NCBI GenBank assembly: GCA_049972095.1
Contig: JBMFKQ010000017.1
Location: forward strand, 1 to 32,222
DNA length: 32,222 nucleotides
From: Elusimicrobiales bacterium
Lineage (GTDB): Bacteria; Elusimicrobiota; Elusimicrobia; Elusimicrobiales; UBA9959
Reading direction: 5' to 3'
Under the pieces are notes generated by a model. The model was not told the DNA's origin. It saw only the letters and a list, made by a program, of their open reading frames with translations, and ran no database searches. Position numbers and translations under genes: made by a program. Below, piece by piece: positions 1-9,930 of this stretch (position 1 is the stretch's first letter; the number at the start of each line of letters is the position of its first letter).

Positions 1-1
1 A

Positions 2-277
2 CTATTCACTAACCTTTCACAAGGCAAAATTGCCTTGATTTTACAGGATTATAAACATTCACAATATGAGCCATTGCGCGAGTTTCTGGATATTATTTCT
101 GTGGAATGTCCGCACCAACTATTTAACGAATCCCCGCGAATGTCCGAAATAAAACAAAAGTTTGATTTACTACTGAGCCCCAGATTTCTTCGCTCAACTC
201 AAACGGCAATCTCGTCGGTAAATTTAGTTGCACTACTTAGAATGTTAGCAAGTGAACTTCGTGTTTTTGTATTTTGA
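2..277 (+). pseudogene. Possible gene fragment or 3' end of a foreign ORF, open from the window edge
   Basis: The frame is open from base 2 to TGA at 275-277 (LFTNLSQGKIALILQDYKHSQYEPLREFLDIISVECPHQLFNESPRMSEIK...). It uses codons such as CCG, CGA, CGC and TCG that are rare in the neighbouring genes. Product uncertain. Confidence 0.3.
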
Positions 278-381
278 TATAAGCCATATTTTATTATAAA
301 ATTTATATTAAGCTAATAAAGTTACCTTTATAAGAAGGAGTGTGAATAAAAATACAGGGCTTTCTCATTTAATGGAGGAAA

Positions 382-615
382 ATGAATATGGAGACAACGC
401 TTGCAAGGGCTATGGATGGAAGATTAAAGATTGTGAGAATAAATGGCGGAAGAAACCTTGTTAGGAAGCTTTATTCTATGGGAATATATGAGGGTGTAGT
501 CATCGAAAAGATTTTATCTTACTCAAAAGGACCTGTGATTGTAAAGGTGCATAACTCCCAGGTTGCGATTGGAAGGGGGATGGCTGAAAAGCTGAGTGTT
601 GAAAAGATTGATTGA
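382..615 (+). CDS. feoA: Ferrous iron transport protein A
   Basis: 77 aa, with RKLYSMGIYEG..GPVIVKV..SQVAIGRGMAEK FeoA pattern; GGAGG SD at 374-378; directly upstream of feoB. Confidence 0.92.
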   Translation: MNMETTLARAMDGRLKIVRINGGRNLVRKLYSMGIYEGVVIEKILSYSKGPVIVKVHNSQVAIGRGMAEKLSVEKID

Positions 616-625
616 ATATCAATCT

Positions 626-2356
626 ATGAGAATAATCCTTGTTGGTAATCCAAATGTTGGAAAAAGTGTGGTGTTTAGCTATCTTACAGGTTATAGTGCT
701 GTTTCGTCTAACTATCCAGGGACAACAGTAGAGATACTTAAAGGAAAGGCAAAACTCGGTGAGTTTGACTGTGAGGTTGTAGATCTGCCCGGATGTTATA
801 GCCTTACAGGTGAAAGTGCAGCGGAAAAGGTGGCATCAGATATAATTAAATCCTGTAACTATGATGTGATATTTAATATTGTTGATTCATGCAATATTGA
901 AAGAAACCTTTTTCTTACACTTGATCTTTTGAGGATAAAAAAACCTCTTGTTATTATAACAACAAAAAATGATATAGCCAAAAGTCGTGGCATTGAGATA
1001 GATTATTCAAAGCTTTCGGGAATGCTTGGGGTAAAGGTTTTCCCTGTTGTTGCAACCGCAGGGATAGGTTTTGATCTTCTTGAGAAAGGTTTGAGTGAGA
1101 TTTTATGTGAAAAAACATTACCATCCCCAGCTATTGATATTCCTGATGATAGTATTGAGAGATGGAAGATTATAGGTGAGGTATTTCTAAAAACTGTTCG
1201 TATAATTCATAAACATCCCACATTTCTTGAAAAGCTTGAGCTTATAACCACAACTCCATCAACAGCAATCCCTTTTGCCTTTGTTGTAGGGCTTGCTTGC
1301 TTCTATATTGTAAGATTTATTGGTGAGGGCATTATAAACTGGATAATGGATCCTTTATTTAATCGATATTATATGCCGGTAGTTGAAAGGATAGCAAATA
1401 ACATCAATGGGGTTTTAAAGGATCTTCTATTTTCAAAAAATATCATGCCACTTGAGGGTTTTTCCGTTTTAACGACAGGTGTTTATATTCCTTTTGTTGT
1501 TGTTTTACCTTATATATTTTCATTCTACCTTGTGCTTGGAATGCTTGAGGATATAGGATATCTTCCAAGGCTTGCAGTTGTTCTTGATAGACTTTCACAC
1601 AAAATAGGGCTTCATGGATATGGAAGTATTCCACTTATAATGGGACTTGGCTGTAAAATTCCTGGTATATTCTCTTCAAGGATTCTTGAATCAAAAAAGG
1701 AAAAACTAATAGCAGCCTCTCTTATGTTTTTGATATCTCCATGCATTCCACAAACTGCTATGATTGTTTCTGTTCTTTCAAGATATCCTTGGGTTTTTAC
1801 ATTTTTCTTTTTTGCTTATGTTTTTTTTGTTGGTGTTATTGCATCATATCTTTTAAACAGAATTATTGGCGGAGTTTCTAACGATCTTTTTATAGAGATA
1901 CCACCATATCATAAGCCTACAGTTAAGAATATGGTGTTGAAAATGAAGATAAGAATATCAGAGTTTTTAAAGGATACCGCTCCTCTTGTGGCAGGTGGTG
2001 TTTTTTTTATAAATATTCTCTATATAATTGGGATTATTGATTTTACCTCACATATTGCAGCTCCTTTGTTTGCAAAGATATTTTCAGTTCCTGCAAGTGT
2101 TTGTAGTGTTGTTTTTTTTGGTTTTTTAAAAAAGGATGTGGCAATAACACTTCTTACACCATTTAATCTTACACTTAAACAGTTTATGGTTTTGTCTTTT
2201 TTTCTTGTCACATATATGCCATGTCTTGCATCAATCCTTGTTCTTGTAAGAGAACTTGGTAAAAAGAATACCTTTTATGTCATTATTTTTAATCTTGTTG
2301 TTTCAATCTTTTTCACTGTTATATTCTCTTATCTTCTTTCCTTTTTTATCTCTTAA
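626..2356 (+). CDS. feoB: Ferrous iron transport protein B (GTPase plus membrane domain)
   Basis: G1 GNPNVGKS, G2 NYPGTTV, G3 DLPG, LEDIGYLPRLA gate region, GLGC and FIEIPPY motifs. Start moved from 596 to the ATG at 626 (MRIILVG). Confidence 0.95.
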   Translation: MRIILVGNPNVGKSVVFSYLTGYSAVSSNYPGTTVEILKGKAKLGEFDCEVVDLPGCYSLTGESAAEKVASDIIKSCNYDVIFNIVDSCNIERNLFLTLDLLRIKKPLVIITTKNDIAKSRGIEIDYSKLSGMLGVKVFPVVATAGIGFDLLEKGLSEILCEKTLPSPAIDIPDDSIERWKIIGEVFLKTVRIIHKHPTFLEKLELITTTPSTAIPFAFVVGLACFYIVRFIGEGIINWIMDPLFNRYYMPVVERIANNINGVLKDLLFSKNIMPLEGFSVLTTGVYIPFVVVLPYIFSFYLVLGMLEDIGYLPRLAVVLDRLSHKIGLHGYGSIPLIMGLGCKIPGIFSSRILESKKEKLIAASLMFLISPCIPQTAMIVSVLSRYPWVFTFFFFAYVFFVGVIASYLLNRIIGGVSNDLFIEIPPYHKPTVKNMVLKMKIRISEFLKDTAPLVAGGVFFINILYIIGIIDFTSHIAAPLFAKIFSVPASVCSVVFFGFLKKDVAITLLTPFNLTLKQFMVLSFFLVTYMPCLASILVLVRELGKKNTFYVIIFNLVVSIFFTVIFSYLLSFFIS

Positions 2357-2375
2357 CTTGTAAAATTTAATTATA

Positions 2376-4199
2376 GTGATAAAGAAGAATTTTAGAATTT
2401 TCATTTCTTTTTTCATTTTGAATTTTATCTTCAGTGTTGTCTTGTCTTTGTCTTATATATTTTTTTCTCAAAGGATATTTGTAGAAACAATTTTTCTTAT
2501 CTTTTCCCTTATCTCAAACACTTCAATGATCTATCTCGCAGTTTTGATTTTGACTTTTTCTTTTTTATTTTTTTCTTTCTGTTTTTATCCTTTGGCGTTT
2601 ATAATGTTTCTCATTCATATCTTAAATATAGTTGATATCTTTATATATAAAATATGGGGTTTTCATATAAACTCAATGGTTTTAAATATAATCTTTACAC
2701 CGGGTGGTATAGAGTCTCTTGAGCAAAGCTGGAATGTTAAGGCGTTTTTTTTCTTTTTGTGTGTTGCAGTAATTGCCCTTGAGATTTTTTTGATATATCT
2801 TTCTAAGAAAATAGCTCAGAGGAATTTTTTAAAACCGATTCTTTTAAAGTTTCTCTTTACTATCATTTTGCTTTCGGTCTTTGTGGATAAAATTGGTTTT
2901 GCCGTAGCATCACTTTATGACTATACTATAATAACTAAGAATAGAAATCTTTTTCCCCTTTATCAACCACTTAGTATAAGAAGATTTGCTGAAAAATATC
3001 TTGGATTTGATTTAAAAAGAAAGCCAACTTTTACTCTTAGCACAAGATATTCAACTATGTGTTATCCAAAAAGGGATATAGAGTTTAGAAAGCCACTGAA
3101 AAAATACAATATAATAGTCATTGTTGTAGATTCAATGAGATATGATATGTTAGATCCTGATATAATGCCATATACATACTCTTTTTCAAAGAAATCATCC
3201 GTTTTTAAAAATCATTTCAGCGGTGGTAATTGTACAAGGTTTGGTATATTTTCTCTGTTTTATGGGCTTTATGGAAACTACTGGTTTTCAATGCTGTCTG
3301 AAAAAAGAGGGCCTGTGCTGATGTTTAGTTTAAAAAAACAGGATTATGATTTTTTTATACTTGCAAGTGCAAAGCTTACATTTCCTGAATTTAATGAAAC
3401 CTGTTTTGTTGAGATTGATAAAGAAAAGATATATGATGAGCCTTATGGCAGCAAGGTTGAAAAAGATATTGAAATAGCCTCAAAAGCTGTTAGTTATATA
3501 AAGACAAAAAACAAAAATAGTGAAAGGCCATATTTTATGTTTGTTTTTTTTGATGCCTCTCATGGAAGCTATGATTATCCAAAAGATTTTGAAAGATTTA
3601 AGCCATCTTATGGGGTTAATCTTTTAACTCTCAACAAAACTAATGTCCTTCCTCTTTTTAATAAATACAAAAACTCAATACATTTTGTAGATTCGCTTAT
3701 AAACAAGATAATAACTGCTGTTAAAGAAAATGGTGGATTTAAAAACACAATAATTATAATAACAGGGGATCATGGAGAGGCATTTTTTGAAAGAGGTTAT
3801 CCAGGGCATAATCATTCATATTCGTATGAAGAGGTTAAAGTTCCTTTTGTATTTTATCATCCTGATGTTAAACCTAAGATTTTTGAGCATAGAACATCCC
3901 ATATAGATCTGGTTCCAACACTTATGGAAATGATTGGTGTGATAAATAAACCAGATGATTATTCACAAGGTATTAATCTTTTTTCTGAAAGTAGGAGGGA
4001 TTACATAGCTGTTTTCAGTTGGGATAATGCGGGACTTGTTTTTGATGATTTTACTCTGGTTGTTCCTTTTTCAAGTTATGGTGGGGGTGTAGAGATGTAT
4101 AGAAATGTTGATTGGAAGGGGATTGAGGTTGATTATAATAGGATGATTCCATATCTAAATGATTTTAGAAAAAAGGCTGTTGAGTTTATAAAAAGATGA
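2376..4199 (+). CDS. Membrane-anchored sulfatase/alkaline-phosphatase superfamily protein, DUF3413 / YejM(PbgA)-like
   Basis: About 5 N-terminal TM segments, PLYQPLS linker, NIIVIVVDSMRYD, NHFSGGNCTRFGIFSLFYGL, TGDHGE, GHN and SHIDLVPT motifs. Confidence 0.85.
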   Translation: MIKKNFRIFISFFILNFIFSVVLSLSYIFFSQRIFVETIFLIFSLISNTSMIYLAVLILTFSFLFFSFCFYPLAFIMFLIHILNIVDIFIYKIWGFHINSMVLNIIFTPGGIESLEQSWNVKAFFFFLCVAVIALEIFLIYLSKKIAQRNFLKPILLKFLFTIILLSVFVDKIGFAVASLYDYTIITKNRNLFPLYQPLSIRRFAEKYLGFDLKRKPTFTLSTRYSTMCYPKRDIEFRKPLKKYNIIVIVVDSMRYDMLDPDIMPYTYSFSKKSSVFKNHFSGGNCTRFGIFSLFYGLYGNYWFSMLSEKRGPVLMFSLKKQDYDFFILASAKLTFPEFNETCFVEIDKEKIYDEPYGSKVEKDIEIASKAVSYIKTKNKNSERPYFMFVFFDASHGSYDYPKDFERFKPSYGVNLLTLNKTNVLPLFNKYKNSIHFVDSLINKIITAVKENGGFKNTIIIITGDHGEAFFERGYPGHNHSYSYEEVKVPFVFYHPDVKPKIFEHRTSHIDLVPTLMEMIGVINKPDDYSQGINLFSESRRDYIAVFSWDNAGLVFDDFTLVVPFSSYGGGVEMYRNVDWKGIEVDYNRMIPYLNDFRKKAVEFIKR

Positions 4200-5299
4200 T
4201 AATTAAAAATAAAATAAGAGATTTTCTTTCGCTTGTGCTTGGAAAGATTTTTCGGGTAAAAAAATATCCAGCCAATCTTATAAAAAGGGATTTTGAATGC
4301 GCTGTTATAAGAAAGATACTGATTATAAGGCAGAATCAGGGAATTGGTGATATGGTGCTCTTGAGTCCGGTTATAAAAGCTCTTAAACAAAGCAGTTATG
4401 AAAAAAGGGTTGATATGCTTGTAAGTGAGTATAATTATCCTGCTGTAAAAGGTAATCCTAATGTAACCAGGTTTTATATATGGAAAAAATCATGTTTGTT
4501 TAATTGGTTAAGAATTTTAAGGGATATAAGAAAAGAGAATTATGATATTGTAATTGGTGTCTGGAGCCATACCCCTTCTTTCACAACACTTCTCTACGCT
4601 TTGCTTTCTGGTTCAAAGAGAACTGTGAGCTATAATTCCTTTCAGTTTAACAAAACCCTCTGGAGTAGATATATGATATCATGTGAAATTGACGCACCTT
4701 CATCTTACAAAGAACTGGAAAGATTTAGAGGGCTTGTTTCTTTTCTTGGACTTAATGTTGATGAAAGAACAGAGTTTCATATTGGAGATGAGTATATAGA
4801 GGCTGGAAAGAAATTTTATTTTGAGCTTTCAAAACCAAAGGTGGGTATTTTTCTTGGTGGAAATTCCAAAAGGACTGATAGGCTATGGAGAACTCAAGGA
4901 TGGGCAGAGATTGTTAGGAAACTCATAGAAAGAAAAATTTCAGTTGTTGCTGTTGTTCCACCTAAGAGGATTAAGGCTGGAGGGGGAGAGAGGGAAGTGA
5001 ATTTTTATGATGAGGTATGCAGAAAGGCAGGCTTTAAAATACCAAAATTTTCTCACAGTGATATTATGATGGTTGGGGCATTTATCAAAAATCTTGATGT
5101 TTTTGTATGCCCTGACGGTGGAATTTTTCATATCTCTGTGGCATGCGGTGTTAAGACTGTTGGTATATTTATAAAAACTGATTCAAAAAGATGGAGCCCG
5201 GATGCGAAATGGGTTTCGTGTGTTCAGTCGGCTGATGGGACCGCTTGTGGTGTGAGCTGTGATGATGTGTTCAAAGCTGTTTTGAGATTTTTAGAATAA
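4196..5299 (+). CDS. Glycosyltransferase family 9 (ADP-heptose:LPS heptosyltransferase-like)
   Basis: KILIIRQNQGIGDMVL..P.IKALK N-terminus and CPDGGIFHISVACGVKTVGIF (DSGxxHxA-like) C-terminal motif; ATGA overlap with the upstream gene. Confidence 0.88.
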   Translation: MIIKNKIRDFLSLVLGKIFRVKKYPANLIKRDFECAVIRKILIIRQNQGIGDMVLLSPVIKALKQSSYEKRVDMLVSEYNYPAVKGNPNVTRFYIWKKSCLFNWLRILRDIRKENYDIVIGVWSHTPSFTTLLYALLSGSKRTVSYNSFQFNKTLWSRYMISCEIDAPSSYKELERFRGLVSFLGLNVDERTEFHIGDEYIEAGKKFYFELSKPKVGIFLGGNSKRTDRLWRTQGWAEIVRKLIERKISVVAVVPPKRIKAGGGEREVNFYDEVCRKAGFKIPKFSHSDIMMVGAFIKNLDVFVCPDGGIFHISVACGVKTVGIFIKTDSKRWSPDAKWVSCVQSADGTACGVSCDDVFKAVLRFLE

Positions 5300-5304
5300 G
5301 GTTT

Positions 5305-6123
5305 ATGAAACTATCTCAGGATCGTAAAATACCTGTTGTGCTGACTATTGCTGGTTCAGACCCTTCAGGAGGAGCTGGAATTCAGGCGGATATTAAGGTT
5401 TTTAATGAGTTCTGTGTCTATTCTATGGCTGTTATAACATCTCTAACAGCTCAAAACACTATGGGTGTTTTGGAAGTTTATAATCTTGATAAGAAGTTTC
5501 TTATAAGACAGCTTGAGGCATGTCTTTCTGATATCAAACCAGATGCTTTCAAAACCGGCATGATATCCCTTCCTTCTATGCCGGAGGTTATTGCTAATTT
5601 TATCATCAAATATGGCTTGAAAAATTATGTACTTGATCCTATTATTATGTCAGGTTCTGGAAAAATGCTATGTGATAAAAAAACTCCTTCAATGATGGTA
5701 AAACATCTTTTCCCATATGCCTTTCTTATAACCCCAAATATAAATGAGGCAGAGTTTTTTTCAGGGATCAAAATAAATAATGTTGATGATATGATCAAAG
5801 CCTCACAATATATAAAAAATATGGGACCATTAAATCTTCTTCTTAAAGGGGGACACATAGGTGGTGATGAATGCATTGATGTGCTTCTTTTAAACAGTGG
5901 CAAGATCAGGTTTTTTAAGCACAAAAGAATAAAGAATATAAAAACGCATGGAACAGGGTGTGGTCTTTCTTCTGCTATTGTTGCACTTATAGCCAGGGGT
6001 TTTGATATTGAAGATGCTGTTAAAATGGCAATTGACTATACGGTTATGGCAATAAAGAGATCTTTAAGAGTTGGACATAGTGCTTTGGTGCTTAATCACT
6101 TCTGGAAAAGGATTAAAAGGTAA
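5305..6123 (+). CDS. thiD: Hydroxymethylpyrimidine/phosphomethylpyrimidine kinase
   Basis: VLTIAGSDPSGGAGIQADIK, TAQNT, ITPNINEA, KGGH and THGTGC motifs. Confidence 0.95.
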   Translation: MKLSQDRKIPVVLTIAGSDPSGGAGIQADIKVFNEFCVYSMAVITSLTAQNTMGVLEVYNLDKKFLIRQLEACLSDIKPDAFKTGMISLPSMPEVIANFIIKYGLKNYVLDPIIMSGSGKMLCDKKTPSMMVKHLFPYAFLITPNINEAEFFSGIKINNVDDMIKASQYIKNMGPLNLLLKGGHIGGDECIDVLLLNSGKIRFFKHKRIKNIKTHGTGCGLSSAIVALIARGFDIEDAVKMAIDYTVMAIKRSLRVGHSALVLNHFWKRIKR

Positions 6124-6176
6124 ATAAAGATATAACAATTCTTTCACTAACACCATTTTTGACAAGATTTATCATA

Positions 6177-6240
6177 TTTCGGTAATATTATATTTGATTT
6201 GATTCGGAATATTGCTTGGTGCTAAAAATTTTGCTATATT
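6177..6240 (+). promoter_or_regulatory. Sigma70-type promoter of pgm with upstream conserved motif
   Basis: TTGCTT (6212-6217), 17 bp spacer, extended TGcTATATT (-10 at 6235-6240), ATG 8 nt later. The motif at 6177-6204 is repeated upstream of topA. Confidence 0.6.
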
Positions 6241-6248
6241 TTTTATCT

Positions 6249-7739
6249 ATGATAACCATTATAAAATTTGGCACATCTGGTTGGAGAGCAAAGATAGCTG
6301 AACACTACACTGTGACGAATCTGAGAAAGATAGCATTCGCCACAGCAATGCATATAAAGACCAATAAGAGATATGGTTATAATGGGGAGGATTACGAGTA
6401 TTATTTGAGTTTGCATAAAAAAAAGAAAACTCCATTCCCTGTTGTTATTGTAGGTTATGATACAAGATTTTTTTCTGATGTTGCGGCAAGGATAGTAAGT
6501 GAGGTTTTTGCGTATCATGATATTCATGTTGTTTTTTCAAACACAGAAAGCCCAACCCCTGTGGTTGGTTGGATGGTTATTGAGAAGGGTGCTGTTGGAG
6601 GCGTTACAATAACTGCAAGCCATAATCCACCTGAATATAATGGCTTTAAATGGACTCCTTTCTGGGGTGGTCCTGCAAGTGTTGAGATAACAAGGGATAT
6701 AGAAGAAAAGGTTTTAACAACATCGGATTCTCAGGCTGAGAAATATATGGAGTTCAGCTCAGCTATGGCAAACGGAATAATAACTGTTGATGATTTTCAT
6801 TTGAAGTATTTTAACCAGATAAAAAGGATAATAGATTTTAAGGCTCTTAAAAGCTTTAAGGGAAGTGTTGTTGCTGACAGTGTTTATGGATGTGCAAGAA
6901 GCTATCTAAGAAGAATTATAGAGGAAGGTGGTATTTCGGTTAAAGGAATAAGGGAAGAAAGGGATGTTTATTTTGGGGGTAGATCACCTGATACTGATGA
7001 AGAAAACCTAAGTGTTCTAAAGGATTTGGTTATAAAAGAAAAACACAGTGTTGGATTTGCTTGTGATGGAGATGCTGATAGGTTTGGAATCATAACATCA
7101 AAAGGAAGATGGCTTTCCCCTAATCTTGTTCTTGCTATGTGTTATTATCATCTTATAAAAAATAGAGGGATGAAGGGGGGTGTTGTTAGAAGTGTTATGA
7201 CAAGCCATATGGTTGATGTTATAGCGAAGGAAAATGGATATGATGTAAGAGAAACTCCTGTTGGTTTTAAATACATCGGTGAGCTTCTTAGATCCGGAGA
7301 TTATATTATAGGTGGCGAGGAGTCAGGTGGAATTTCGGTTAGTGGGCATGTGCCTGAAAAGGATGGAATTCTTGCATGCCTTCTTATACTTGAATTGATG
7401 GCATATGAAAAGAAGGATATTGAAAGAATAATTGAAGATATTGAGAAGAGATATGGAAAATTTTACAACATGAGAGTTAATTTCAGGATATCAGAGTCGC
7501 TTGATATTAATGAGATAAAGTCTAATATTGAAAAAAATCCACCACTTAAAATAGCATCAAAATCTGTGTGGAGAATAGACACAACTGATGGCTTTAAATT
7601 TATACTCAAAGATGGTGATTGGCTTGGTTTGAGAGTAAGTGGAACAGAGCCTGTTGTTAGGATATATGCTGAATCAAGAAAGGAAGATACACTTATGAGG
7701 ATAGTAGAGGAAGGTAAGAAGATACTCAGTGCAAAATAG
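6249..7739 (+). CDS. Phosphoglucomutase/phosphomannomutase family protein
   Basis: [10 protein letters not shown], catalytic TASHNP, metal loop DGDADR, GEESGG and RVSGTEP motifs. Start reassigned from 6216 to the ATG at 6249. Confidence 0.93.
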   Translation: MITIIKFGTSGWRAKIAEHYTVTNLRKIAFATAMHIKTNKRYGYNGEDYEYYLSLHKKKKTPFPVVIVGYDTRFFSDVAARIVSEVFAYHDIHVVFSNTESPTPVVGWMVIEKGAVGGVTITASHNPPEYNGFKWTPFWGGPASVEITRDIEEKVLTTSDSQAEKYMEFSSAMANGIITVDDFHLKYFNQIKRIIDFKALKSFKGSVVADSVYGCARSYLRRIIEEGGISVKGIREERDVYFGGRSPDTDEENLSVLKDLVIKEKHSVGFACDGDADRFGIITSKGRWLSPNLVLAMCYYHLIKNRGMKGGVVRSVMTSHMVDVIAKENGYDVRETPVGFKYIGELLRSGDYIIGGEESGGISVSGHVPEKDGILACLLILELMAYEKKDIERIIEDIEKRYGKFYNMRVNFRISESLDINEIKSNIEKNPPLKIASKSVWRIDTTDGFKFILKDGDWLGLRVSGTEPVVRIYAESRKEDTLMRIVEEGKKILSAK

Positions 7740-7747
7740 GAGGTATT

Positions 7748-9037
7748 ATGGAGGCGGAGATAAAAAAGGTTTATGCAAGGGAGATACTTGATTCAAGGGG
7801 TTTGCCGACGGTTGAGTGTGATGTATGGCTTTCTGACGGTTCATTTGGAAGGGCTGCTGTGCCAAGTGGGGCGTCAACTGGAAGTAATGAAGCGCTTGAG
7901 ATGAGAGATGGAGACCCTAAAAGATTTATGGGAAAGGGGGTGCTTAAAGCTGTTGAAAATGTTAATAGGCAAATATCAAAGCTTGTTTGCGGTATGAAGG
8001 CAAGCGAACTTGATAAGATAGATAAAGCGATGATTGAACTTGATGGAACTGCTAATAAATCAAAGATTGGTGCAAACGCTATACTTTCAGTCTCAATGGC
8101 TGTTGCAAGAGCGGGTGCCGCAGCTTATGATATGCCACTTTATATGTATCTTAGAAAAATTTATGGAGTAAAGGATAAAGATTACTATCTTCCCACTCCA
8201 ATGCTTAACATAATCAATGGGGGAAAGCATGCTGACAGCGGACTTTCTGTTCAGGAGTTTATGATAGTTCCCACTGGTGCAAAATCTTTCAGGGATGCAA
8301 TAAGAATGGCAAGTGAGGTGTATCATTCTCTCAAAAAAATACTTGCCTCAAAAGGATATACAGTGTCTGTTGGAGATGAGGGAGGCTTTGCGCCAAAGAT
8401 GTTTACTCATGAACAGGTTCTTGAAACGATAATGGAGGCAATATCAAAAGCAGGTTATTCAAGTAAGGAGATAAAGCTTGCAATAGACTCTGCAGCAAGT
8501 GAGTTTTATAAAGATAGTAGATATCTTTTTGAGGGTGGGCTGTTGTCTTCAAAGGAGCTTATATCAAAATACGAGGAATGGAAAAAACTGTTTCCAATCA
8601 TAAGTTTTGAAGATCCTTTGTCAGAGTATGACTGGGAGGGGTGGAAGAGTATGACGAAGGTTATGGGTAAGAGGGTTAGGTTAGTAGGAGATGATATATT
8701 CGTTACAAATCCAAGAATATTCTCTGAGGGCATAAATCAAGGGGTTGGCAATGCAATACTTATAAAGCTCAATCAGATAGGAACCATAACTGAAACTGTT
8801 GAGGTGATAGAAACTGCAAAGAAGAATGGATATTCAACAATTATCTCTCATAGATCTGGCGAGACTGAGGACAGCTTTATAGCTGATTTTGTTGTTGCAA
8901 TGAACTCAAAAGCAATAAAAAGTGGAGCACCTGCAAGAAGTGAAAGGCTTTCTAAATACAACCAGCTTATAAGAATTGAAGAGGAGCTTGGTAAGAAGGC
9001 AAAATATTCTGGAGAGTTAGCTTTTGTTGGTAGATGA
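7748..9037 (+). CDS. eno: Enolase (phosphopyruvate hydratase)
   Basis: [46 protein letters not shown] and KYNQL motifs; AGGAGG SD. Confidence 0.98.
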   Translation: MEAEIKKVYAREILDSRGLPTVECDVWLSDGSFGRAAVPSGASTGSNEALEMRDGDPKRFMGKGVLKAVENVNRQISKLVCGMKASELDKIDKAMIELDGTANKSKIGANAILSVSMAVARAGAAAYDMPLYMYLRKIYGVKDKDYYLPTPMLNIINGGKHADSGLSVQEFMIVPTGAKSFRDAIRMASEVYHSLKKILASKGYTVSVGDEGGFAPKMFTHEQVLETIMEAISKAGYSSKEIKLAIDSAASEFYKDSRYLFEGGLLSSKELISKYEEWKKLFPIISFEDPLSEYDWEGWKSMTKVMGKRVRLVGDDIFVTNPRIFSEGINQGVGNAILIKLNQIGTITETVEVIETAKKNGYSTIISHRSGETEDSFIADFVVAMNSKAIKSGAPARSERLSKYNQLIRIEEELGKKAKYSGELAFVGR

Positions 9038-9315
9038 GAAGAAAAAGAATAAAAAATTCAGTTATAAGATGGGGTATAATAGCCTTGGGGCTTTTATTCT
9101 CTTTGCCGGCTGTGTGGAATCTTGCCGTAAATACATACAGAGTCTATCATCTTAAAAAACGTCTTAAAAACCTTGAATTAGAGAATATAAGGCTTAAAGA
9201 AGAGATAAAACAAACCAAGAAACCTGACTACATTGAGAGAGTTGCAAGGCTTAAACTTGGGCTTAAAAAACCTGATGAGATAGAATACAGATTTGTCTAT
9301 CAAGCAAAGGAATAA
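9034..9315 (+). CDS. ftsB: Septum formation initiator FtsB/DivIC family protein
   Basis: One TM helix, a coiled coil and [18 protein letters not shown]; conserved position immediately after eno. Confidence 0.8.
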   Translation: MRRKRIKNSVIRWGIIALGLLFSLPAVWNLAVNTYRVYHLKKRLKNLELENIRLKEEIKQTKKPDYIERVARLKLGLKKPDEIEYRFVYQAKE

Positions 9316-9930
9316 ATGAAAATAATTCCATTTGAGGTTGGAAGTATGAATAATCTTGTCTACATCGTCGATTTTGGAGATTTTTTTGTTGTTATTGACA
9401 CATCATTTGGTTATGAGAAGATAAAAGAGTATGCAGGATCAAAAAAAGCGCTTGCCTTTCTTTTTACTCACGGACACTATGACCATGTCATGGATGCAAA
9501 AAGGATATATTTAGATTTTAATGATGCTGTGTTTTATATGAACATAAAAGATGAGTTTCTTCTTCCTTTCAATGATCTTAATATAATCGATGTTTCTCAA
9601 AAGGATACCCTTGAATTAGCTGGAAATAAGATTTCTGTGATACATACACCTGGGCACACCCCTGGAAGTGTATGCTATCTTATTGAAAATCATCTTTTTA
9701 CAGGTGATACACTTTTTTGTAATTCGTGTGGGAGGGTTGATCTTCCAGGCTCTGACCCCAAACAGATGAGAATATCTCTTCTTAAAATTCTTGAGCTTCC
9801 AGACAATACCCTAATCCATCCTGGACATAACTATGGCGGAATAGAAATGACACTTGAAAAAGCTAAGAAAGAGAATCAGTTTCTTTCATCCGCAGATGAT
9901 GAAGAACTTTTTCTTTCACTTATCTTATGA
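9316..9930 (+). CDS. MBL-fold metallo-hydrolase (glyoxalase II-like)
   Basis: THGHYDH, HTPGHTPGS, FTGDTLF, GRVDLPG and PGH motifs. Confidence 0.92.
   Translation: MKIIPFEVGSMNNLVYIVDFGDFFVVIDTSFGYEKIKEYAGSKKALAFLFTHGHYDHVMDAKRIYLDFNDAVFYMNIKDEFLLPFNDLNIIDVSQKDTLELAGNKISVIHTPGHTPGSVCYLIENHLFTGDTLFCNSCGRVDLPGSDPKQMRISLLKILELPDNTLIHPGHNYGGIEMTLEKAKKENQFLSSADDEELFLSLIL

Noticed and set aside
7..250. Integron attC site (CACTAAC ... GTTAGCA)
   Set aside because: Ends are not properly complementary, are about 240 bp apart, and no extended internal dyad was found.
278..372. Fur/DtxR box or small leader ORF upstream of feoA
   Set aside because: AT-rich with only weak dyads and no convincing consensus match; the AAGGAG at 335-340 is just 1 nt from the GTG, too close for initiation.
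5290..5305. TPP riboswitch ahead of thiD
   Set aside because: Only 5 bp of intergenic space and no CTGAGA core motif upstream.
6177..6204. dif site for XerC
   Set aside because: Only loose similarity to the TTATGTTAAAT arm, no matching left arm across a 6 bp spacer, and it occurs twice in promoter positions.
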